Shown here: piece by piece, positions 11,471 to 20,369 of the stretch
How the letters are laid out: the number at the start of each line of letters is the position of its first letter
Numbering within the stretch: the first letter of the stretch is position 1
Origin: Malacoraja senta
Lineage: Eukaryota
DNA length: 35,001 nt
Reading direction: 5' to 3'
NCBI GenBank assembly: GCA_038087875.1
Contig: JAXLNO010004992.1
Location: 62,001 to 97,001, forward strand
Position numbers and translations under genes: made by a program
The notes under the pieces: generated by a model
The model's database searches: none
The model's input: the letters and a program-made list of their open reading frames with translations, nothing else
What the model was told of the DNA's origin: nothing

Positions 11471-11969
11471 CTTGCTTGAAGTCCTCAGATATTTCTTTGA
11501 ATGTGGTGTTGAACGAAACAGGGCAATGAAACTTTTCAATCGGCAAGGCTTCATTTACCACCGACAGTGGTTTGGCTTCATCACGAACCCTGGAAATATT
11601 TAACAGCTGGTTATAAACTGAGGATTAGAAATGTTTTGAGTTGTTCCACAAAAACGTACAATGTTTCCACCAAGACAATGTCCTACCTTCGCTTGCGCCC
11701 AGCTTCTTCCTGAAATAAATAAAACACAAATCTCAATTGATTGAGATGGACCATCCTCATCCCTACACCGGGAATTTCTCCAAATTTCTGTAACCCTCTG
11801 ATAATTCCCATTTCCCAACTCTTATCACCACTGTCATGCAGACAGAAAGCGGATAGAGCCGCCGAGATGTGGAACGATGGGGGAAAACACAAGGAATGTT
11901 CATGAGAATAACGGCATAACTGAGAGGATGGAACTTACTGAAAAGACTGGGCAGGTCGTGGGATTTCAT
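11471..11969 (-). other. Candidate coding exons of an unidentified gene, copy 2 (11939-11969, 11687-11709, 11471-11606 or 11471-11617)
   Basis: Same splice signals as copy 1, with an open frame (one D to N difference). An extra upstream acceptor cctcag at 11618 gives a 147-nt phase 1-1 variant. Confidence 0.42.
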
Positions 11970-12024
11970 CTGGAGAAGATGTCAGGCATGATTTTTATTT
12001 ATTTTTTTATTTTATTAGAAGTAT

Positions 12025-12930
12025 TGTAGCGGCACCTAATGGTTAGGCCACTCCTCCTATGCGAACCCTCGGCAACCCTGGGAAAGAGTCACGAGATATA
12101 TTGGGTGTGTCCCAGTATATAAGTCCTGACCTTCCCTCTCTCTCGTTCTCTGTCTCTGGCTCTTGCTCCTCCTCTGACTTCATGAGAGTGTCCTGCCACC
12201 GCAGCAGGAGCACAACCGAGCCCACGAGGCAACAGCCTCTCAACAACTACAACTGTTATGTTAGAGTGTTAAACGTCCATGTATTGTCAACTAAAAGGCC
12301 TGTCTCACGAGTCTGCGGTCATTGGCGGTGATACAGGAAGTATCTATCGCTCGTGGACCGCCAGAGACCGCGGGTTCGGTCAAACGCGCACCGCCGGGGC
12401 CGTGCGGCGTTGGTCCCAACACCGCACGGTGCTCACAAAAAGTCAACAATGTCTAAAAATAATTTCCTACCGCACAGCGGCCGCCAGTGAGGCACGAGTG
12501 CGGCACGGTCTCCGCCACTGCCGCCGCCAGTGCGGCACGAGCGCCGTGAGTCGAACTTTCACCGCCACAGCCGCCGCCAGTGAGGCACGTGTGCGGCACG
12601 GCCGCCGCCACAGCCGCCGCCAGTGAGGCACGTGGGCGGCACGGCCGTCGCCACAGCCCCGCAATCCGAAAAGACGTCATCGCGTAGCGCGTCGCGCGAT
12701 GACGTCATCACCCGACGCCGCAAGCTCGTGGAACCAGCCGTACGGAGATCACTCGGCCCCCGCGCAGCATCCGTGCGGTGCTCTCGTGGTTGCCGTGCGG
12801 TCCACTCTTCCGGCGACGCCGCGCTTCACCGCCAATGACCGCAAACCCGTGAGACAGAGCCTTTACAATGCCTGAATAAAGCATCCTGTTATTCACGACA
12901 TTTGCAAATCTGCACTGGTGACCTCGACGT
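12025..12930 (+). mobile_element. 5' LTR with tRNA-Trp primer-binding site; internal region lost
   Basis: TGTAG...CTGCA (12914), TATATAA at 12116, AATAAA at 12875, then TGGTGACCTCGACGT (12916-12930), a 14/15 match to the tRNA-Trp PBS TGGTGACCCCGACGT. Confidence 0.7.
12295..12863. mobile_element. MITE (duplicate copy) inside the LTR
   Basis: TIRs aaggcctgtctcacgagtctgcggtcattggcggtga and tcaccgccaatgaccgcaaacccgtgagacagagcctt. Confidence 0.8.
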
Positions 12931-12972
12931 TCCAAAACGCTTTTTGGATTTCAAATTGGTGTTGACCTGATG

Positions 12973-13094
12973 TCTAGAGCCGTGTCTAGAGCCGAGCCCA
13001 GACCAGCCCAGCCCAACCCAGACAGACCAGCCCAGACAGACCAGCCCAGCCCAGACAGACCAGCCCAGCCCAGACCAGCCGAGCCCAGACCAGC
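12973..13094. repeat. Degenerate (CCAGC/CCAGA/GAGCC)n tract
   Basis: Visible short-period repeat. Confidence 0.85.
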
Positions 13095-13328
13095 TCTACG
13101 GTAATTACGGATATGTATCGAGCCATCAACTCTCCGCGGCAACCTCGTTAGACCTCATTTGGACTACGCAGTTGCAGCACGGGACCCATACACAAATAAA
13201 AACATTTCTTCCATCGAACGTGTCCAAAGACAGGCAGCTCGATTTGTTACTAACACCTATGAGAGAGAAGCGAGTGTTACCAAACTTCTTAATTCTCTGG
13301 GGTGGAACCCTCTCCAAGACAGACGTGA
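13095..13328 (+). mobile_element. Internal LINE RT C-terminal fragment (CR1/L2 group, distinct from the local CR1 families)
   Basis: TLVRPHLDYAVAARDPYTNKNISSIERVQRQAARFVTNTYEREASVTKLLNSLGWNPLQDRR. Confidence 0.8.
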
Positions 13329-13329
13329 A

Positions 13330-13800
13330 GCCCAGAGCCGAGCCACCCGATAGGGCGGGCTTACCTGGGGCGCCCGCCGAAGACACCTTTCTCCTCCTCA
13401 CCGACGTGGACTCCGAAGATCCCTGGGCGCTGGTTGGTTGCCGGCCCGGCCCGGCCCAGGGATTCAATCGCTGGTGAAGGCCGCCTCAGTGATGGCCGCA
13501 TAACTACAACTAAAATGGCCGCCGCGGCTGTACAACTACAACTAAAATGGCCGCCGCGGCAACACAACTACAACTAAAATGGCCGCCGCGGCTGTCCAAC
13601 TACAACTAAAATGGCCGCCGCGGCTGCCCAACTACAACTAAAATGGCCGCCGCGGCCGGAAGAAAAGCTTCAACTTACCTGACCACCGCCAATAGCGCCA
13701 CCTTCCGACTGGATGCTGTCTCTGCAGCCCGACTACCGTCAGCAGCGCCACCTCTGGTCGAGTTGCGAATCTGCAGCCTGACCGACGTCTACAGCGCCAA
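13330..13800 (-). promoter_or_regulatory. CpG-rich promoter-like island with candidate non-coding first exons
   Basis: CpG-rich unique sequence with minus-strand donors CAG|GTAAGC (exon end 13365) and CAG|GTAAGT (exon end 13679), an ETS core CCGGAAG near 13656, and tandem ACTACA and GCCATTTT motifs. Confidence 0.55.
13502..13656. repeat. 5 x 32-bp tandem repeat AACTACAACTAAAATGGCCGCCGCGGCnnnnn
   Basis: Units start at 13502, 13534, 13566, 13598 and 13630. Confidence 0.97.
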
Positions 13801-13804
13801 AGCT

Positions 13805-14954
13805 ACACAACAATGCTGGAGAAACTCAGCGGGTGCAGCAGCATCTATGGAGCGAAGGGAATAGGTAACGTTTCGGGCCGAAACCCTTCTTCAGACTGAT
13901 AGGGGGTGGGGAGAAGAAAGGAAAAAAGGAAAAAGGCGGAGGAGGAGCCCGAGGGCTGGGGGAGGGGAGGAGACAACCAGAGGGATGATGAAGGGGAGGG
14001 GACAGCAAGGGCTAGCAGAATTGGGAGAATTCAATGTTCAAGCCCCCAGGATGTAGACTGGCCAAACGGAATATGAGGTGCATTTACTCCAATTTACGGT
14101 GTTGCTCGCTGTGGTCATGGAGGAGACCCAGGACAGAGAGGTCAGATACGGAATGGGAGGGGGAGTTGAAGTGCTGAGCCACCGGGAGGTCAGGTTGGTT
14201 ATTGCGGACCGACCAGAGGTGTTCGGCGAAACGATCGCCTTGGTCTCACCGATGTAGATCAGCTGGCATCTAGAGCAGCGGATGCAATAGATGAGGTTGG
14301 AGGAGATGCAGGTGAACCTCTGTCGCACCTGGAACGACTGCTTGGGTCCTTGAATGGAGTCGAGGGGGGAGGTGAAGGGACAAGTGTTGCATCTCTTGCG
14401 GTTGCAAGGGAAAGTACCAGGGGAGGGGGTGGTATGGGAGCGAAGGGAAGAATTGACAAGGGAGTTACAGAGGGAGCGGTCTGCGGAAGGCAGACATGGG
14501 GGGAGATGGGAAGCTATGGCGAGTGGTGGGGTCACGTTGGAGGTGGTGAAACTGACGGAGGATCACTTGTTGTATGTGACGGCTGGTGGGGTGAAATGTG
14601 AGGACTAGGGGGACTCTGCCCTTGTTGTGAGTGGGGGGATGGGGAGAGAGAGCAGTGTTGCGGGGTATGGCAGAGACCCTGGTGTGAGCCTCATCTATGG
14701 TGGAGGAGGGGAACCCCCGTTCCCTAAAGAATGAGGACATTTCAGATGCCTTGGTGTGGAACGCCTCATCCTGGGAGCAGATGCGGCGTAGACGGAGGAA
14801 TTGGGAGTGGGGGATGGAGTCCTTACAGGAAGCAGGGTGGGAAGAAGTGTAGTCCAGATAGCCATGGGAGGCGGTGGGTTTGTAGTGGATGTCGGTAAGG
14901 AGTCTATCACCTTCGATGGAGATAGTGAGGTCAAGGAATGGTAGGGAAGTGTCC
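13805..14954 (-). mobile_element. Penelope-like element 3' part (RT thumb, GIY-YIG endonuclease, terminal repeat)
   Basis: GTFPCNRKRCNTC...NLIYCIRCSRCQLIYIGETK and PFLDLTISIEGDRLLTDIHYKPT. Joined to CR1 through a GTCC microhomology at 14951-14954. Confidence 0.93.
13864..13897 (-). ncRNA. Minimal hammerhead ribozyme motif
   Basis: CAGT-CTGAAGA-A-GGGT(TTCG)GCCC-GAAAC-GTT-ACC on the minus strand. Confidence 0.65.
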
Positions 14955-15998
14955 TTTTCACAATGGCAGGCAGTGACTAGTGGGGTACCGCAAGGCTCAG
15001 TGCTGGGACCCCAGCTATTTACAATATATATTAATGACCTGGATGAGGGAATTGAAGGCAATATCTCCAAGTTTGCGGATGACACTAAGCTGGGGGGCAG
15101 TGTTAGCTGTGAGGAGGATGCTAGGAGACTGCAAGGTGACTTGGATAGGCTGGGTGAGTGGGCAAATGTTTGGCAGATGCAGTATAATGTGGATAAATGT
15201 GAGGTTATCCATTTTGGTGGCAAAAACAGGAAAGCAGACTATTTTCTAAATGGTGGCCGACTAGGAAAAGGGGAGATGCAGCGAGACCTGGGTGTCATGG
15301 TACACCAGTCATTGAAAGTAGGCATGCAGGTGCAGCAGGCAGTGAAGAAAGCGAATGGTATGTTAGCTTTCATAGCAAAAGGATTTGAGTATAGGAGCAG
15401 GGAGGTTCTACTGCAGCTGTACAGGGTCTTGGTGAGACCACACCTGGAGTATTGCGTACAGTTTTGGTCTCCAAATCTGAGGAAGGACATTATTGCCATA
15501 GAGGGAGTGCAGAGAAGGTTCACCAGACTGATTCCTGGGATGTCAGGACTTTCATATGAAGAAAGAGTAGATAGACTCGGCTTGTACTCGCTAGAATTTA
15601 GAAGATTGAGGGGGGATCTTATAGAAACTTACAAAATTCTTAAGGGGTTGGACAGGCTAGATGCAGGAAGATTGTTCCCAATGTTGGGGAAGTCAGATCA
15701 AGGGGTCACAGTTTAAGGATAAGGGGGAAATCTTTTAGGACCGAGAGGAGAAAAACATTTTTCACACAGAGAGTGGTGAATCTGTGGAATTCTCTGCCAC
15801 AGATGGTAGTTGAGGCCAGTTCATTGGCTATATTTAAGAGGGAGTTAGATGTGGCCCTTGTGGCTAAAGGGATCAGGGGGTATGGAGAGAATGCAGGTAC
15901 AGGATACTGAGTTGGATGATCAGCCATGATCATATTGAATGGCGGTGCAGGCTCTAAGGGCCGAATGGCCTACTCCTGCACCTATTTTCTATGTTTCT
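14955..15998 (+). mobile_element. CR1 LINE 3' portion with complete 3' end
   Basis: AVTSGVPQGSVLGP, FADD and LVRPHLEY motifs, with a (TTTCTATG)n tail. Confidence 0.95.
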
Positions 15999-17090
15999 AT
16001 GGTGTTGGGTAGACTGATGGGACTGAAGGCTGATAAATCCCCAGGGCATGATGGTCTGCATCCCAGGGTACTTAAGGAAGTGGCTCTAGAAATCGTGGAT
16101 GCATTGGTGATAATTTTCCAATGTTCTATACTCAGGATCAGTTCCTGTGGATTGGAGGGTAGCTAACGTTATCCCACTTTTTAAGAAAGGCGGGAGAGAG
16201 AAAACAGGGAATTATAGGCCAGTTAGCCTGACATCGGTGGTGGGGAAGATGCTGGAGTCAATTATAAAAGATGAAATAGCTGCACATTTGGATAGCAGTA
16301 ACAGGATCGGTCCGAGTCAGCATGGATTTACAAGATTTTTTAGAGGATGTAACTGGGAAAATGGACAAGGGAGAGCCAGTGGATGTAGTGTACCTGGACT
16401 TTCAGAAAGCATTTGATAAGGTCCCACATAGGAGATTAGTGGGCAAAATTAGGGCACATGGTATTGGGATAGAGTGCTGACATGGATAGAAAATTGGTTG
16501 GCAGACAGGAAACGAAGAGTAGGGATTAACGGGTCCCTTTGAGAATGGCAGGCAATGACTAGTGGGGTACCGCAAGGCTTGGTGCTGGGACCGCAGATAT
16601 TTACAATATACATCAATGATTTAGATGAAGGGATTCAAAGTAACATTAGCAAATTTGCAGATGACACAAAGCTGAGTGTCAGTGTGAACTGTGAGGAGGA
16701 TGCAATGAGAATGCAGGGTGATTTGGACAGGTTGGGGGAGTGGGCAGATGCATGGCAGATGAAGTTTAATGTGGATAAATGTGAAGTTATCCACTTGGTT
16801 GTCCTCTTTACCAAAGGGGTAAGCCATTTAGAACGGAGACGAGGAAACACTTTTTCACACAGAGAGTGGCGAGTCTGTGGAATTCTCTGCCTCAGAGGGC
16901 GGTGGAGGCCGGTTCTCTGGATACTTTCAAGAGAGAGCTAGATAGAGCTCTTAAAAATAGCGGAGTCAGGGGATATGGGGAGAAGGCAGGAACGGGGTAC
17001 TGATTGGGGATGATCAGCCATGATCACATTGAATGGCGGTGCTGGCTCGAAGGGCCGAATGGCCTACTCCTGCACCTATTGTCTATTGAT
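15999..17090 (+). mobile_element. CR1 LINE (family B), internally deleted
   Basis: KSPGHDGLHPRVLKE, NYRPVSLTS and FADD motifs, with a 3' end at about 17040-17090. Confidence 0.92.
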
Positions 17091-17232
17091 ATTTTTAAGG
17101 CAGTTAGATTGATTCTTGATTAGTACGGGTGTTACATAGGAGAATGGGGTTAAGAGGGAGAGATAGATCAGCCATGATTGAATGGTGGAGTAGACTTGAT
17201 GGGTCAAATGATATAATTCTGCTCCTATCAAA
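17091..17232 (-). mobile_element. CR1 3'-end fragment, inverted
   Basis: Reverse complement of a CR1 3' UTR (gatcagccatgattgaatggtggag). Confidence 0.65.
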
Positions 17233-18290
17233 TGGTAGATGCAATTTAATGTTGATAAATGTGAGGTTATCCACTTTGGTGGCAAGAACAGTAAGGCAGA
17301 TTGTTACCTGAATTGTGTCAGATTAGGAAAAGGGGAAGTACAACGGGATCTGGGGGTCCTTGTTCATCAGTCATTGAAAGTAAGCATGCAGGTACAGCAG
17401 GCAGTGAAGAAAGCGAATGGCATGTTGGCCTTCATTGCGAGAGGATTTGAGTTTAGGAGCAAGGAGGTCCTTCTGCAGTTGTACAGGGCCCTAGTGAGAC
17501 CACACCTGGAGTATTGTGTGCAGTTTTGGTCCCCTAAGTTGAGGAAGGACATTCTTGCTATTGAGGGAGTGCAGCGTAGGTTCACCAGGTTAATTCCCGG
17601 GATGGCAGGACTGTCATATGCTGAGAGAATGGAGCGGCTGGGCTTGTATACTCTGGAGTTTAGAAGGATGAGAGGGAATCTTATTGAAACATATAAAATT
17701 CTTAAAGGATTGGACAGGCTAGAGGCAGGAAACATGTTCCCGATGTTGGGGGAGACCAGAACCAGGGGCCACAGTTTAAGAATAAGGGGAATGCCAATTA
17801 GAACAGAGATGAGGAAAAACCTTTTCACCCAGAGAGTTGTGAATTTGTGGAATTCCCTGCCACAGAAGGCAGTGGAGGCCAATTCACTGGATGTTTTCAA
17901 AAGAGAGTTAGATTTAGCTCTTAGGGTTAACAGACTCAAGGGATATGGGGGGGGGGCGAGGGAAAGCAGGAACGGGGTACTGATTTGTGGATGATCAGCC
18001 ACGATTTAAGGATAAAGGGGAAATCTTTTAGGACCGAGATGAAAAAAAAAAAATGTACACAGAGAGTGGTGAATCTCTGGAATTCTCTGCCACAGAATGT
18101 AGTTGAGGCCAGTTCATTGGCTATATTTAAGAGGGAGTTAGATGTGGCCCTTGTGGCTAAAGAGATCAGGGGGTATGGAGAGAAGGCAGGTACAGGATAC
18201 GGAGTTGGATGATCAGCCATGATCATATTGAATGGCAGTGCTGGGTCACAGGGCCGAATGGCCTACTCCTGCACCTATTGTCTGTTTCAA
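17233..18290 (+). mobile_element. Two abutting CR1 3' portions (17233-18000 and 18001-18290)
   Basis: A 251-aa C-terminal ORF2 frame followed by a second 3' end with gggccgaatggcctactcctgcacc. Confidence 0.92.
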
Positions 18291-18299
18291 TGTTTTTCT

Positions 18300-18720
18300 T
18301 TGTTAAAACAGCATCTGCAGTTCCTTTCTACATACACACTGCCTGACCCGCTGAGTTACTCCAGCACATTCTCTTTTTCTTTGTAAACTAGCATCTGCAG
18401 TTCATTTTGACACACACACTGCCTGACCCTCACTGAGTTACTCCAGCACTTTGTGTCTTTTTCTCTGTAAACCAGCATCTGCGATTCCTTTCCAGAGAAT
18501 CTCCCTGACCCGCTGAGTTACTCCAGCACTTTGTGTCTTTTTCTCTGTAAACCAGCATCTGCAGTTCCTTTCCACATACACACTGCCTGACCCGCTGAGA
18601 TACTCCAGCACTTTGTGTCTTTTTTTCTTTGTAAACCTTTCCAGAGAAGCTCCCTGACCCGCTGAGTTTACTCCAGCACTTTTTTCTTTGTAAAACCCGC
18701 GCTTGCAGTTCCCTGTTTTC
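18300..18720 (+). repeat. Minisatellite of about 80-84 bp units derived from the Penelope terminal repeat (about 5 units)
   Basis: gcatctgc recurs at 18311, 18391, 18475 and 18555. Each unit contains ctgacccgctgagttactccagcac. Confidence 0.9.
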
Positions 18721-19370
18721 ACTCATCAGGCTTGGCCGACGGTGGGAAACACGGGCCGTTTTACCGGATTCCCGTGGCCGGACAAGCGACCCCCTGAGAC
18801 CCCTCAACCAACACCAACCCCCCGTAACTCCAGTAATCTTTACTATTTAACCTTTCAGCCGCTGCTGGAGGCCCCGTCGGCAACATGGTTGCGAGAGCTG
18901 GTCGCGACTTACGACCGAATTGGGGAACCCGGAAGAGACCGGCTCTTGGTGTTGGAGTGGGAGTCCCGTCCCGAACCCCACCCGATATCCATGGACCCTT
19001 GACCGGCCTCTCCGGCCACCCACCCAGAGCCGGGGGTCCCACACAGCGCATTTCATCAAAGCCCGCTGAGTTTCTCCAGCATTTCTGTCTAACCTTCCAT
19101 TATTCCAGCAGTTCTTTCTAAAACACTACAACTCCCCAGATAAGTTTGACCTGAGCTTACCTGGATCTGCAGGGACCCAGATCAGATCAGTCCGGACCCT
19201 CGCCCAGACCCCCGGACGCGGGGATTGAACTCAACACGACTTTCACTTTGTCACAGGGCGCGGCTTCGGCAAACTGGCAGAAAGTCACAGCGCCGAATCC
19301 AACCCCCTTTGTGCGCGGCGAGGAACTGCAGCCAAACGCAAAGATCATCCCAGACCTGGTTTAAACCTGG
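18720..19370 (-). promoter_or_regulatory. CpG-rich promoter-like island with IRF element and candidate first exon(s)
   Basis: AAAGTGAAAGT (minus, 19239-19249), donor CAG|GTAAGC (exon end 19161), ACTACAACTCCC (19125-19136), CCGGAAG near 18928, and a second GTAAGT donor (exon end 18913). Confidence 0.6.
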
Positions 19371-20130
19371 AGTAATAACAAGTCAAGTTTGTTCGTCACA
19401 TACACATACAAGATGTGCAGTGAAATGGAAAGTGGCAGGTACACAAAAATGCTGGAGAAACTCAGCGGGTGCAGCAGCATCTATGGAGCGAAGGAAATAG
19501 GCAACGTTTCGGGCCGAAACCCTTCATCAGACTGATAGGGGGGTGGGGAGAAGAAAGGAAAAAATGCGGAGGAGGAGCCCGAGGGCTGGGGGATGGGAGG
19601 AGACAACCAGAGGGCTGATGAAGGGGAGGAGACAGGAAGGGCTAGCAACATTGGGAGAATTCAATGTTCAATTCAATGAAAAGTGGCAATGCTCACGGAT
19701 TGTGCAAAAACAACAAAAAACCCAGAATGAACAGAATCACATATTCACATATTTGTGGGAGGGAAAAAACAGCAATTTTAAAAATACACCACACAACAGT
19801 AAAATGGTTCAGTAAAGTTGGTCCCTGGTGGGATGGGAGTTTACAGTCCTGATGGCCTCAGGGAAGAAACACCTTCTCATCCTCTCTGTTCTCACAGCAT
19901 GGCAACGGAGGCGTTTGCCTGACCGTAGCAGCTGGAACAGTCCGTTGCTGGGGTGGTGGGGGTCCCCCATAATGTTGCTGGCTCTGGATCTGCACCTCCT
20001 GATGTATCGGTCCTGCAGGGGGGTGAGTGTAGTTCCCATTGTGTGTTCGGCCGAACGCACTACTCTCTACAGAGCCTTCCTGTCCTGGGCAGAGCTGTTC
20101 CCAAACCAGATTGTGATGTTTCCGGACAAC
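19371..20130 (-). mobile_element. Rex1/Babar-type LINE 3' portion, interrupted by a Penelope fragment
   Basis: HHPSNGLFQLLRSGKRLRCHAVRTERMRRCFFPEAIRTVNS, with a (TTGAC)-type tail at the left end. Confidence 0.78.
19438..19676 (-). mobile_element. Penelope terminal fragment with hammerhead core (19500-19534)
   Basis: CAGT-CTGATGA-AGGGTTTCGGCCC-GAAAC-GTT. Flanked by a direct repeat AAAGTGGCA (19429-19437 and 19680-19688). Confidence 0.85.
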
Positions 20131-20148
20131 AGCGAGCATCCCCGCAGA

Positions 20149-20330
20149 GTCAAGAGAGTTTATTGTCATGTGTCCCAGATAGGACCATGACATTCTTGCT
20201 TGCTGCAACACAACAGAATATGTAAACAGAATACAGAACAGGAGATAAATGTTCAATGTGTTTATATACCATAGACCAAGCAAGAATGTCATTGTCCTAT
20301 CTGGGACACATGACAATAAACTCCCTTGAC
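20149..20330. repeat. 54-bp inverted repeat made of two LINE 3' tails
   Basis: 20149-20202 is the reverse complement of 20277-20330 with 2 mismatches. Confidence 0.9.
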
Positions 20331-20369
20331 TTGACCATATATATATACACACACAATAAATAAACAGAT

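Larger units (their letters stand above)
1762..12899 (+). repeat. Direct segmental duplication: 1762-6122 repeated at 8505-12899
   Basis: Near-identical blocks start at aagggacagaagtttagg (1762 and 8505) and end at gttattcacgac (6122 and 12899). The offset drifts from 6743 to 6777 through small indels. Paired ORFs appear in the track (2871/9613, 3673/10416, 4651/11409). Confidence 0.97.

Noticed and set aside
13502-13656. CRISPR-like array of 27-bp repeats
   Set aside because: Intervening bases are only about 5 nt and similar to each other, the genome is eukaryotic and there are no cas genes; it is a VNTR.
13720-13760. Two CTCF sites (AGGTGGCGCT on the minus strand)
   Set aside because: Only the 3' half of the CTCF consensus matches; the 5' CCASY half is absent.
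13643-13864. Plus-strand gene starting MAAAAG
   Set aside because: The ATG is part of the VNTR unit, there is no good donor downstream, and the frame runs into Penelope sequence.
14465-15716. Apparent Penelope-CR1 fusion ORFs (14465-15223 and 14889-15716)
   Set aside because: Chance in-frame junction of one element's sense strand with the other's antisense strand at a GTCC microhomology.
18858-19121. Plus-strand exon or ORF (acceptor cctttcag; Kozak ATG at 18885)
   Set aside because: No recognisable protein, no partner exons and no donor; better explained as GC-rich promoter sequence, though not formally excluded.
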